A DNA stretch of 64,000 nucleotides from Candidatus Aminicenantes bacterium UBA2199 (GCA_002327965.1 DCVB01000095.1:16659-80658); one strand, 5' to 3'; shown: positions 9,154-18,238, numbered from the stretch's first letter. Numbers and translations are program-made. The notes: a model not told the origin generated them from the letters alone.

Positions 9154-10635
9154 TCAGGACAAGGCCTTCAGCAGGCCCGTGCGCTCGTTGAATTCGGCGA
9201 TCATCTCGTCCCAGCGCCCGACCTGGCTGAAGATGCGCGGCCAGATCTCCCGGTCGTGCCAGAGCTGGTTGAGGTCGGCGATCTCCTTGGCCTGCTGCTC
9301 CACCCAGGTGAAGTACTTCAGGTTGTGGATGGCCTTGCGGTCGCTGTAGGTCAGCTCCTTGAAGAAATCCTCTCCCTGCCCCCAGAGACAGCGCTCCAGG
9401 TCGCAGCTTGCCTGCAGCGCGGTATACTCGCCGCGCTCGTCATGAAGCTCCCGCAGCCGTGAAGCATAGAGGTCGGAAGAATCGGTGGCCAGAGTGACCA
9501 GCACGTCGTCGCCGGTCATCTCGAAATGCTTGGCCGTCTTGATGGCCGCCAGGACGTTGGCGATCGAGGAGATGCCCAGCAGCGGCAGGCCGTCGACCTG
9601 CTCCTCCGCCAGGCCCAGTTCCAGAAGGCGCCGGCGCCCGGCCGGCTCGTTGAACAGGCGCAAGAGGCGCATGCAGTCCTCGTCGTCGATGGCGGCCACG
9701 GCGTCGGTATTGCGCACGTTGTGGATCCAGGGCACGTGCTTGTCGCCGATGCCTTCGATGCGGTGGCCGCCGAAGCCGTTGTGCAGCAGCGTCGGGCACT
9801 GCTGCGCCTCGGAAGCCACCACCTTGAGCGCCGGGTGGCTCAGGCGCAGGGCGTCACCGGCGGCGATGGTGCCGGCCGAGCCGGTGGCCGAAACAAAGGC
9901 GGCCAGGACCGAGCCGGGGCCGGCCAGCCGGTTGAAGATCTCCTCGATCGCGGCGGCGGTATTGGTGTGGTGCCACACGGCGTTGCCGAACTCGTCGAAC
10001 TGGTTGAAAATGACGCAATCGGGCCGCGTCTTGCGGATCTCCCAGCATTTGTCGTAGATCTCCTTGACGTTGGACTCGCAGCCCGGGGTGGCGATGACCT
10101 CGGCGCCGATCTCCCGCAGCCAGTCGAAGCGCTCGCGGCTCATCAGCTCGGGCAGGATGGCGACGGCGGTGCAGCCCATGAGGTACGAGTCGAAGGCGCC
10201 GCCGCGGCAGTAGTTGCCGGTCGAGGGCCAGACCGCCTTGTGGAAGGTTGGGTCGAAGCGGCCGCTGACCAATACCGGCGCCAGGCAGCCGTAGGCGGCG
10301 CCGACCTTGTGCGCCCCGGTGGGGAACCACTTGCCGACCAGCAGCACGATGCGCGCCTTGACTCCGGTTAGCAACGGCGGCAGTTCCAGGAAGTTGGCGC
10401 CGCCGAACAGGCCGCCCTTTTCCCGGGGCTCGTTCTTCCAGGTGATGCGGAACAGGTTGAGCGGGTGCAGGTCCCAGAGGCCGATGCCGCGCAGCCTGTC
10501 CTTGATCCGGGCCGGGATCCTCTCCGGATCGCGCTGCTCTGCGAAGGTGGGCAGGATGATGTTCTTCTCGCGGAAGCGGGCGACGGTCTTTTCCAGCACG
10601 GCCGGATCGACGACGCGGTCGATGATGGGGATCAT
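9154..10635 (-). CDS. Fold-type II PLP-dependent enzyme (TrpB/cysteine-synthase-like) with ~150 aa C-terminal extension, specific function unknown
   Basis: Lys motif FPTGAHKVGAA (TrpB-like) and glycine loop SATGSAGTIA. AGGAG lies 5 nt upstream of ATG 10635 (MIPIIDRV); alternative start at 10674. The first 28 codons of the track ORF read through a heptamer repeat and are discarded. Confidence 0.7.
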   Translation of the reverse strand: MIPIIDRVVDPAVLEKTVARFREKNIILPTFAEQRDPERIPARIKDRLRGIGLWDLHPLNLFRITWKNEPREKGGLFGGANFLELPPLLTGVKARIVLLVGKWFPTGAHKVGAAYGCLAPVLVSGRFDPTFHKAVWPSTGNYCRGGAFDSYLMGCTAVAILPELMSRERFDWLREIGAEVIATPGCESNVKEIYDKCWEIRKTRPDCVIFNQFDEFGNAVWHHTNTAAAIEEIFNRLAGPGSVLAAFVSATGSAGTIAAGDALRLSHPALKVVASEAQQCPTLLHNGFGGHRIEGIGDKHVPWIHNVRNTDAVAAIDDEDCMRLLRLFNEPAGRRRLLELGLAEEQVDGLPLLGISSIANVLAAIKTAKHFEMTGDDVLVTLATDSSDLYASRLRELHDERGEYTALQASCDLERCLWGQGEDFFKELTYSDRKAIHNLKYFTWVEQQAKEIADLNQLWHDREIWPRIFSQVGRWDEMIAEFNERTGLLKALS

Positions 10636-10710
10636 AAGAGCTCCTTTTTGCGCGAGGATATTTTCCTCTTTCATGCCGGGGGTGTCAAGGGTCAGGGAGA
10701 GGAACTCAGT

Positions 10711-10868
10711 GTAGGGTGTAAGGCGTAAGGTGTAAGGAAAGAGAAGAAACTGATCCAACTCAGTACTCCTTTTTAAAAAGCATGGTGGCGCTTTTAAAAA
10801 AACGCCGATGATCGATAGTATGCCTTATTCTTCCCCTGTGCCTTACGCCCTGCGCCCTGCGCCGAGCC
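10711..10868. repeat. Inverted pair: GTAAGGN x4 ... CCYTRCG x4
   Basis: gtagggt gtaaggc gtaaggt gtaagga aagagaagaa ... ttcttcccctgtg ccttacg ccctgcg ccctgcg ccgagcc. Same architecture as 53455-53556. Confidence 0.9.
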
Positions 10869-10885
10869 CCTTGTTCGGTTCAATA

Positions 10886-10894
10886 TGGTATAAT
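10886..10894 (+). promoter_or_regulatory. Extended -10 element; leaderless start of the TGS-uridine kinase gene
   Basis: TGgTATAAT ends 5 nt before ATG 10900. No SD. Confidence 0.5.
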
Positions 10895-10899
10895 TAATC

Positions 10900-12546
10900 A
10901 TGGGTAAAATCACTCTAACCTACCCCGACGGCAACACGATCACCGCGCCCCCCGGCAAGAACCTGTTCGAGCTGAGCCGCGGCGCCAGCGGCCTGGTGCT
11001 GGCCGCGCGGCTCGACGGCGACCTGGTGCCGCTGGACGTCGTCCCGGAGCGGGATGCCCGCCTGGAATGGGTGACCTACGGCGAGAAGGCCGGCGTGGAG
11101 GCCTACCAGCGCAGCGCCTCCTTCATCCTGAACATGGCCGTCTCCGAGCTGTTCCGCAACACGCGCCTGGTCATCGGCCACTCGATCTCCTTCGGCTTCT
11201 ACTACGACTTCGCCTGCGGCATCCCCGTCACCCAGGAGCTGCTCAACGAGATCAGCGCCCGCATGCGCGAGATCTGCGCCCGCGACCTGCCGTTCCGCCG
11301 CCGCCGGCTGCCGCGGCGGCAGGCCGTCGACTTTTTCGCCGGCCGCGCCATGAGCGACAGCCGGCGCCTGGCCGAGCACTTCCCGGGCGAAACGCTCCAG
11401 GTCTACGAGTGCGGCAATTTCGCCAACCTGGAGATCTATCCGCTGGCCTTTTCCACCGGCGCCGTTTCGCGCTTCGAGCTGAAGTCCTACAGCCCGGGCT
11501 TCGTCATGCTTTTCCCCGAACCCGATGACTTCACGGTCAACAGCCACATCGGCAAGACGCGCAAGCTTTTCCAGATCTACCAGGAGAGCAAGGAGTGGGG
11601 GAACATCCTCGGCGTCAGCGACGTCGGGCGCCTGGACCAGATCATCGCCCGCGACAACATCTCGGAGATCATCAAGGTGGCCGAGGCTCTGCACGAGAAA
11701 AAGATCGCGCGCATCGCCGACGCCATCACCGAGCAGCGCGACGACCTGCGCCTGGCGCTGGTCACCGGCCCGTCGGCCGCCGGCAAGACCACCTTCTGCA
11801 AGCGCCTGTCGGCCCAGCTGCAGGTCAACGGCATCCGGCCGCTGGCCCTTTCCATGGACAACTACTTCGTCGACCGCGAGGCCTGCCCTCGCGACGAGAG
11901 CGGCGAGTACGACTTCGAGGCCGTGGAGGCGCTCGATCTCGACCTCTTCAACCGCCACCTTTCCGACCTGCTGGAGGGGCGTGAAGTGCCCGTTCCCCGG
12001 TTCGATTTCGAGACGGGGCGCCGCGCCCCGGACCACCGCCTCACCTGGCTCGAGGACGACCAGGTGCTGCTGGTCGAGGGCATCCACGCCCTCAACCCGC
12101 GCATCAGCGCCGCGGTCGACGAGCAAACCAAGTTCCGCATCTACATTTCGGCGCTGACGCAGCTGACCATCAACGACCACAGCCGCATCTCGACCACCGA
12201 CACGCGCATGCTGCGGCGCATGGTCCGCGACAACCGCTACCGCAACTACAGCGCCGCCGAAACCCTGAAGCGCTTTCCCTCGGTCATCCGCGGCGAGCGG
12301 CGCAATACCTATCCTTTCCAGGAGAACGCCGACGTGATGTTCAATTCGGCACTGGTTTACGAATTGGCGGTGCTGCGCGACCTGGCCGTGCCGCTGCTGG
12401 AGGCCATCCCGCGCGACGACGAGGCCTATCCCGAGGCGCAGCGGCTGAGAAACTTCCTGCGGCTCTTCCGGCCGGTGGCCGCCGACGAGGTTCCCCCGAC
12501 CTCGATCCTGCGCGAGTTCATCGGCGGCTCCAGCTTCCGCTACTGA
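10900..12546 (+). CDS. TGS-domain / uridine kinase-type nucleoside kinase fusion
   Basis: N-terminal TGS-like fold (ITLTYPDGNTITAPPG), central ThrRS-SAD-like region, C-terminal P-loop kinase (GPSAAGKTTFCKRL, Udk-like). No SD. Extended -10 TGgTATAAT ends 5 nt before the ATG. Confidence 0.75.
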   Translation: MGKITLTYPDGNTITAPPGKNLFELSRGASGLVLAARLDGDLVPLDVVPERDARLEWVTYGEKAGVEAYQRSASFILNMAVSELFRNTRLVIGHSISFGFYYDFACGIPVTQELLNEISARMREICARDLPFRRRRLPRRQAVDFFAGRAMSDSRRLAEHFPGETLQVYECGNFANLEIYPLAFSTGAVSRFELKSYSPGFVMLFPEPDDFTVNSHIGKTRKLFQIYQESKEWGNILGVSDVGRLDQIIARDNISEIIKVAEALHEKKIARIADAITEQRDDLRLALVTGPSAAGKTTFCKRLSAQLQVNGIRPLALSMDNYFVDREACPRDESGEYDFEAVEALDLDLFNRHLSDLLEGREVPVPRFDFETGRRAPDHRLTWLEDDQVLLVEGIHALNPRISAAVDEQTKFRIYISALTQLTINDHSRISTTDTRMLRRMVRDNRYRNYSAAETLKRFPSVIRGERRNTYPFQENADVMFNSALVYELAVLRDLAVPLLEAIPRDDEAYPEAQRLRNFLRLFRPVAADEVPPTSILREFIGGSSFRY

Positions 12547-13817
12547 GCCAGCCGCTTCCAGAGCCGCTCGGCGCCGGCGCGGGTCAGCGCCAGCACCTCC
12601 GCCTCGTTGACGGTCAGCAGGCGGCGGTTCTCCACGATCAGCCGGCCGCGGGCGATGACGCTGTCGACGTGGCAGGCGCTCATGCCGTAAAACAGGTGAC
12701 TGAGGAAATTCCCTTCGTTCAGCGGCGTGGGCGCGGGGTAGTCCAGCACGACCAGGTTGTTCTCGCCGTCGCCGGCGAAGCCGTTCTCGGACAGGTAGTC
12801 GTGGACGCGGCGCAGGCGCGAATAGATCTCGGCCAGGTCGGCCCGCTCGGGGTCAATACCGCTGAAATAGGCCGCCTGGGCCGAGCGCAGCATGTCGGAG
12901 TGCATGCCGTCGGTGCCCAGCATGACGCGGCTGCTCAAACCGTCGGCGCGGAACAGGCCGACGCGGTTGTTCAGGTTGCTTTCCATGTTTTCCGCCACCC
13001 AGGCCGGCGAACCCTTGAGAATGGCCCGCTCCTCCCTGTCCAGGTGCAGGCCGTGGACCAGGATGGTGCGGGAGAAATCGAGGACGCCGGCCTCATGGAA
13101 GCGCTCGACCACCCGGCAGCCGTAGTGGGCGTAAGTCGTCTCCTGGTCGATGGCGTCCTCGGCGGCGTGCACGTGGAGGCCCGACATGTATTTGCGGGCC
13201 AGGGCGACGGCCCGGGTCAGCAGCTCGTTGCCGACGGTGAACGAGGCGTGCAGCCCCACCAGGCAGGGCTTGCCGGCGGCCAGGCGGTTGCCGGTCTCGG
13301 CCAGCCCTTTTTCGCTGGCGGCAACGCCGTCGCGGTCCGAAAGCTCCAGGCAGGGCAGCACGCCGATCCCCACCTCGGCGAAGGCGCCGGCGATGGCGTC
13401 CAGCGAGCCCTCGACGGCATTGGGCGAGGAGTGGTGGTCGATGACGTAGGTCACGCCGCAGCGGGCGCACTGCAACGCCGTGGCCAGGGCCGACAGCAGG
13501 ACCAGCTCGGGATCGAGGGCGCGGTCCAGCTTCCACCAGACGTATTCCAGCTTCTGGGCGAAGTCGGCGGGTAGTTTCACCGGCGGCGGCATGCCCCGGG
13601 AAAGGGCCGAATAGGCATGGTGGTGGCCGCAGGCGAAGGAGCGCGTGACCAGCTTGCCGCGGCAGTCCAGCACCCTGTCGCCCGGACCGGGATCCGCGGG
13701 GACCTCGCTGACGAATTCCAGTGCGCCGTCGTCGCCCGTTTCCAGGCGCAGGTGGCCGTGGGAGAATTTCAGCGTCCGCCAGTCGACGTAGGTCGCGTCG
13801 CGCAAATAAAGGCTCAT
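12540..13817 (-). CDS. ssnA: SsnA-like aminohydrolase (amidohydrolase superfamily, chlorohydrolase/deaminase type)
   Basis: HxH motif ACGHHHAY. Motifs recalled from E. coli SsnA: WWKLDRALDPE, VIDHHSSP, LHVHAAED, LGTDG. ATG 13817 forms an ATGA overlap with the xdhD-like stop. Confidence 0.8.
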   Translation of the reverse strand: MSLYLRDATYVDWRTLKFSHGHLRLETGDDGALEFVSEVPADPGPGDRVLDCRGKLVTRSFACGHHHAYSALSRGMPPPVKLPADFAQKLEYVWWKLDRALDPELVLLSALATALQCARCGVTYVIDHHSSPNAVEGSLDAIAGAFAEVGIGVLPCLELSDRDGVAASEKGLAETGNRLAAGKPCLVGLHASFTVGNELLTRAVALARKYMSGLHVHAAEDAIDQETTYAHYGCRVVERFHEAGVLDFSRTILVHGLHLDREERAILKGSPAWVAENMESNLNNRVGLFRADGLSSRVMLGTDGMHSDMLRSAQAAYFSGIDPERADLAEIYSRLRRVHDYLSENGFAGDGENNLVVLDYPAPTPLNEGNFLSHLFYGMSACHVDSVIARGRLIVENRRLLTVNEAEVLALTRAGAERLWKRLAQ

Positions 13818-16369
13818 GTGGATCTCTCCCGCCTCGCAAGCGGCAGCCGGAAGCGGCGCCGGCCGTCGAAGAGGCACAGGGCGTTGGCCACGGCGGCGGC
13901 AGTGGGCACCAAACCGATCTCGCCCACCCCCTTGGCGCCGTAGGGACCATGCTCGTCGGCCACTTCCACGGCGATCACCTCGATCCCGGGCACGTCGCCG
14001 GCCCTGAGCAGGCCCAGGTCGGCCAGGCGGCCGCTGGGCAGGCCGTCTTTCAAGGGCAGATCCTCGCTCAGGGCGTAGCCCAGCCCCATGACCACCGCCC
14101 CCTCGATCTGCCCCTCGAACAGGGTGGGGTTGACGACCCGGCCGGCATCGTGGGCGGCGACGACCCGGGAAACCCTGCCCTGGCCGTCGACCACCACCAG
14201 CTGGGCGGCGTAGCCGTAGGAATAATGGCTGACGGTGCGGCCGTCCGCCCGCGGCGTCGTCGTCCAGTCGCAGCGCCAGCGCCCGGGATAGACGCGGCCC
14301 GCCAGCGCGGCCAGCGGCTTTCTCCCCAGGTCGCGTTTCAGCGCCACGCAGGCGTCGATGAGGGCGTTGCCCACCAGCGAGGTGGCGCGGGAGGCCGTGG
14401 TCATGCCGCTGCGCGCCTCCGCGGCGGTATCGACGCGCACCTCCATGATCGCCGGGTCGAGGCCGGTTTCCTGGCTGACCACCTGGCGGGCCACGGTGTG
14501 CACCCCCTGCCCCATCTCGGTCCAGCCGTGATGAATGAGCAGCCGGGACCCGGATACGATCTCGATCTTCACCTCGGAGTCGTCGGCGATGCCGTTGCCG
14601 ATGCCGGTGTTCTTGATGCCGCAGGCCAGGCCGGCGTTCTTCTCGGCCAGGAACCTATCCTTGATGGCCAGCAGGCAGGCGCGCACTCCGACCCCCTTGC
14701 CCAGCACCTGGCCGCTGGCCGTCATGCGCCCGGCGTCCAGGGCGTTGTCGTAGCGAAATTGCCAGCGGTCGAAGCCCCCCTTTTCACAGAGCATGTCGAC
14801 GCAGCTTTCCATGGCGAAGGTGACCTGGTTGACGCCGAAGCCGCGCATGGCGCCGCAGGGGACGTTGTGGGTATGGACCGCCCTGGCCTCGATGTCGGCG
14901 GCCGGGACGTGGTAGGCGCCGCTGGCGTGCCCGGCGGCGCGCTCCAGCACCTTGGCCCCCACCGAGGCGTAGGCGCCGGTGTCGCCGATGATCCGCGCCC
15001 GCAGCGCCGTGAGTTTTCCCCGGCGGTCGCAGCCCAGGGCATACTCCATGACGAAGGGATGGCGCTTGGGGTGCATGCGCAGCGATTCGGGCCGGCTCAG
15101 GCGCACGCGCACCGGACAACCCAGCAGCAGGGCGAAGAGGGCGGCATGGCCCTGGGTGGTGAGGTCCTCCTTGCCGCCGAAGCCGCCGCCGTTGGCCACC
15201 TGGATGACGCGCACATTTTCCGGCTTCAGCCCCAGGAGCGAGGCGACCTGGCGCCGGTCCTCGTATACGCCCTGCCCCTGCGAATAGAGGCGCACGCCGC
15301 CGGCTTTCGGCAGCGCGACGGAAGCCTCGGTCTCGAGAAAGGCGTGCTCGATCATCTGGGTGCGGAAGACGCCGGAGGCGACGTGGGCCGAGGCGGCCAG
15401 GATGGCGTCAACGTCGCCGCCGCGGCGGATGACGCATTTCTCGAGCAGATTGCCCTGTTCATGGACGCGGATCGGGCTCCCCTCCGCCTGCAGGAGATCG
15501 GTCAGCGGCTCCAGCACCTCGTAGTCCACATCGATGGCGGCGGCGGCGGCCCGGGCCTGCTCCTCGCCGGCGGCGGCCACTCCGGCCAGGACATCGGCGC
15601 CGCAGCGGGTCGTTTCCCCGGCGGCGACCATCAGCGGCCAGTCGTCGACGACCAATCCCGTGTGGCGCCTGCCGGGGATATCGGCGGCGGTGAACACCCG
15701 CAGCACGCCGGGCATGGCCTGCGCCGTTTTCGTGTCGATGCGCCTGACAACGGCGCGGGCGTGGTCGGAGAACCTCAGGGCGCCGAAGACCATGCCGGGG
15801 AAGCGCAGGTCGGCGACGAACGGGCGGCGCCCCACGGCCGTTTCCCAGGCCTCATATTTCTGCTGGCGGCCGCCGATCCCCTGGTTGGGGTCGGGGGCGG
15901 TCGCTTCCTCCCCCGCCAGCAGGCGGGCGGCATGGTCGACGGCCTCGACGATCTTGACATAGCCGGTGCAGCGGCAGAGGTTCGGCTTCAGCGCGGCCAC
16001 GATCTGCTCGCGGCCGGGGCGCGGGTTCTTCTGCAGCAGGATCTTGGTGCGCATCAGGAAGCCGGGGGTGCAGAAGCCGCACTGCACCGCCCCCTTGCCG
16101 ACGAAAGCCTGGCCAAGCAGCTTGAGCAAATCCTCTGGCAGGCCCTCCAGGGTGACGACCCGGCCACCGGCGATCTTCTTCATCGGCGTGACGCAGGACA
16201 AGGCCGGCCTGCCGTTCAGCTCCACCAGGCAGGCGCCGCAGGCCCCCTGGCCCGAGCAGCCGTCCTTGACCGAGGTGATCCCCATGTCCCGGCGCAGAAA
16301 ATCGAGCAGCGAGCGGTCTTCGTCGCCCGGGTAGCGGACCGCTGAGCCATTGAGCTCGAACAGGATCAT
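13814..16369 (-). CDS. xdhD: Xanthine dehydrogenase-family molybdoenzyme with fused N-terminal [2Fe-2S] domains (XdhD-like)
   Basis: 851 aa. 2Fe-2S motifs GCSGQGACGACLV and CRCTGY/CGFCTPG, followed by a/b-hammerhead and MoCo-binding domains (GGGFGGK). No separate FAD subunit is present in the window. Confidence 0.85.
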   Translation of the reverse strand: MILFELNGSAVRYPGDEDRSLLDFLRRDMGITSVKDGCSGQGACGACLVELNGRPALSCVTPMKKIAGGRVVTLEGLPEDLLKLLGQAFVGKGAVQCGFCTPGFLMRTKILLQKNPRPGREQIVAALKPNLCRCTGYVKIVEAVDHAARLLAGEEATAPDPNQGIGGRQQKYEAWETAVGRRPFVADLRFPGMVFGALRFSDHARAVVRRIDTKTAQAMPGVLRVFTAADIPGRRHTGLVVDDWPLMVAAGETTRCGADVLAGVAAAGEEQARAAAAAIDVDYEVLEPLTDLLQAEGSPIRVHEQGNLLEKCVIRRGGDVDAILAASAHVASGVFRTQMIEHAFLETEASVALPKAGGVRLYSQGQGVYEDRRQVASLLGLKPENVRVIQVANGGGFGGKEDLTTQGHAALFALLLGCPVRVRLSRPESLRMHPKRHPFVMEYALGCDRRGKLTALRARIIGDTGAYASVGAKVLERAAGHASGAYHVPAADIEARAVHTHNVPCGAMRGFGVNQVTFAMESCVDMLCEKGGFDRWQFRYDNALDAGRMTASGQVLGKGVGVRACLLAIKDRFLAEKNAGLACGIKNTGIGNGIADDSEVKIEIVSGSRLLIHHGWTEMGQGVHTVARQVVSQETGLDPAIMEVRVDTAAEARSGMTTASRATSLVGNALIDACVALKRDLGRKPLAALAGRVYPGRWRCDWTTTPRADGRTVSHYSYGYAAQLVVVDGQGRVSRVVAAHDAGRVVNPTLFEGQIEGAVVMGLGYALSEDLPLKDGLPSGRLADLGLLRAGDVPGIEVIAVEVADEHGPYGAKGVGEIGLVPTAAAVANALCLFDGRRRFRLPLARRERST

Positions 16370-16431
16370 TGGGGCATTATATCACAAGAACAAAATGAAC
16401 CGGGATCGCAGGCAATGAAGGATTGTCATAC

Positions 16432-16918
16432 GTGACGAGTGACGCGTAACGCGTGACGAGGCAGAACGGAACTTGGCGTAAGGTTCAGGGCGTAAGGCTC
16501 AGGGCAAGACAATGGCAAAATTAAAGACGCAGTTCGATGTTCGACGTTCGAAGTTCGACGTAGAAAGATTGAACATGACATTGAAAAGCAAAAGTTGTTA
16601 AACAAGAAATGCACTTGGCCTAATCCTGCCACCGATTGTCGATGCATTCATGCTGACACTGTCACTGACACTGACACTTGCCTTGGCTTTCGTTTTGGAA
16701 ATTGGAATTTGGAGCACAGATCTGCACTTTAGGAGAATATTTCTACACTGAATTACATTTTCTTCACTAACACTATCACTATCACTAACACTTTTTCTTG
16801 AGGGATTTGGTGCTTGGGATTTGGAATTTAAGTCTTCCGATTGCCTCTTTTCTTTCCGTAAACCGTAAACCGTCAACCGATTGCTTTGATGTCTTGCTGA
16901 CACTGTCACTGACACTGT
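16432..16918. repeat. Gene-free mosaic of 9 short-period arrays
   Basis: GTGACGN x4 (16432-16459); GCGTAAGGYTCAGG x2 (16476-16503); TTCGANG x4 (16533-16560); CTGACA/CTGTCA x4 (16653-16678); TTGGAAN x3 (16694-16714); CACTAN x5 (16765-16794); GATTTGG-type x4 (16804-16831); CCGTAAA x3 (16856-16879); CTGACA x4 (16897-16918). Confidence 0.9.
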
Positions 16919-16927
16919 TGCTCATCT

Positions 16928-17941
16928 TCATATCTGCGTTCTGAATCGGGGATGCCGGGCCGCGGCCAGGTTCACGATGCGGCTGCCCATTTCCCCGTAG
17001 GAATAACCGGCATCGGCGGCGGCCTGGGTCAGCGAGGTCAGCGGGTTGATGTCGGGGTTGGGGTTGACGTCGATCACGTGGAAAATGCCGTCGCGCAGGC
17101 GGACGTCGATGCGCCCGTAGTCACGGCAGCCGGAAACCTGGTAGGCGGCCAGGACGATGCGCTCGAGCTCGCTTTCCTCCTCCGGCTCCAGCAGCGCCGG
17201 CACGTGCAGCGCGATCTTTTCATACAGACGGGACTTCGGATCGTACTTGGCCTCGTAGGTGAACAGCCGCTCGCGGATGTCGGCCAATTCGCAATAATCC
17301 ATTTCCGTCGCCGGCAGGGAGGAAACCCTGCCGTTGCCCCAGGCCCCCTGGTGCAGCTCTCGCCCGTCGATGAACTCCTCGACCAGAGCGGGCTGGCGAT
17401 GGGTTTCCAGGATGAAGGCTACACGGCGCTCCAGCTCGGCGGGCGACGTGACGACCGACTCGGTCGAGATGCCGATGCTGCAGTGCTCGTGGGCCGCCTT
17501 GACGATGGCCGGAAACATGTCCCATCCGCCCGTATCGGAAGCGTCGAATACGGCCCAGGGCGGCGTGGGCAGGCGCGCCTCGTCCAGGAGGCGCTTGACC
17601 CGCGGCTTGTCGTAGGACAGCGACAGCACGTCGCGCGAGGCACCGGTGAAAACGAAGCCCAGATTCTCCAGCACCGCGGCGACATCCGGCTCGCTGTGCG
17701 CGATGCCGGGGAGCTGCTCGCACCAGTTGAACACGATGTGCGCGCCGGGATCGTAACCGTTCAGGCGCTCGGCCAGCCGGCCGTCCTCGAGCGTCACCAC
17801 CTCTAGCGGATGGCCCACTTCCCGCAGGGCCTCGGCGAACGCCGTGACATCTTCCTGGGTCTCGCTGCGCTCTTCCGGCGTCCACTCGGGATTCATGTTG
17901 TGGAGCAGCAGGACGGGCAGGTCGCGGCGCAGGTCAGTCAT
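16928..17941 (-). CDS. ATP-grasp enzyme, D-alanine--D-alanine ligase family
   Basis: Start at ATG 17941 (MTDLRRDLPVLLLHN). ATP-grasp core (KPRVKRLL, PAIVKAAHEHCSIGI, LVEEFIDGREL, GRIDVRLRDG..VIDVNPNP). Flanked on both sides by repeat mosaics. Confidence 0.75.
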   Translation of the reverse strand: MTDLRRDLPVLLLHNMNPEWTPEERSETQEDVTAFAEALREVGHPLEVVTLEDGRLAERLNGYDPGAHIVFNWCEQLPGIAHSEPDVAAVLENLGFVFTGASRDVLSLSYDKPRVKRLLDEARLPTPPWAVFDASDTGGWDMFPAIVKAAHEHCSIGISTESVVTSPAELERRVAFILETHRQPALVEEFIDGRELHQGAWGNGRVSSLPATEMDYCELADIRERLFTYEAKYDPKSRLYEKIALHVPALLEPEEESELERIVLAAYQVSGCRDYGRIDVRLRDGIFHVIDVNPNPDINPLTSLTQAAADAGYSYGEMGSRIVNLAAARHPRFRTQI

Positions 17942-18075
17942 CGCCCCTGAGCGCCGCAAGCAATCGCAGCGTATTGTCTCTCGAAAAACAAATCTCTGCT
18001 CATTGTTTTCAGTATAACAAATTGCATCGATCCAGTTCAAGGAAATTCCGATTTTTATTTATAAAGATAAAGAAA

Positions 18076-18238
18076 GTGATCGTGATCGTGATCGTGTTAG
18101 TGAAGAAAGTATTTCACTGCAGTGATTTCTTTCACCTTACGCCTTAAACCTTGCACCTTAAACCAAGTCCCATATTTTCCGGCTAACACTGACACTTGTC
18201 TTTCTATTGCACTACTGACACTGACACTGTCACTGTTG
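18076..18238. repeat. Mosaic: GTGNNN hexamers x5, palindrome TCACTGCAGTGA, CCTTNNN heptamers x4, CTGACA hexamers x4
   Basis: gtgatc x3 gtgtta gtgaag (18076-18105); ccttacg ccttaaa ccttgca ccttaaa (18135-18162); ctgaca ctgaca ctgtca ctgttg (18215-18238). Confidence 0.9.

Noticed and set aside
13721-16345. Very long antisense or alternative-frame ORFs in the six-frame track. Examples: 70..1704 -, 13721..16345 +, 20832..22772 -, 25223..26818 -, 32054..33697 +, 39489..41129 -, 53531..55885 +, 57034..59250 +.
   Set aside because: They lie opposite genes with clear family motifs. Their translations are low-complexity and Ala/Gly/Arg/Pro/Asp-rich, as expected for stop-poor frames in high-GC DNA. 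They lack SD sequences and recognisable domains.
16598-16915. 105-aa ORF inside the 16.4-16.9 kb region (and the N-terminal extensions of track ORFs 9154..10758, 23281..24240 and 33657..34664).
   Set aside because: The reading frames simply run through the 6-7-nt tandem arrays, giving SVSDSDSVS-type or TLTLSLTL-type strings. There is no SD. Better-supported downstream starts exist for the real genes.
16370-16927. Possible CRISPR array, suggested by the many short repeats.
   Set aside because: The units are 6-8 nt and directly tandem, with no 25-40-nt repeats separated by unique spacers. No cas genes are in the window.
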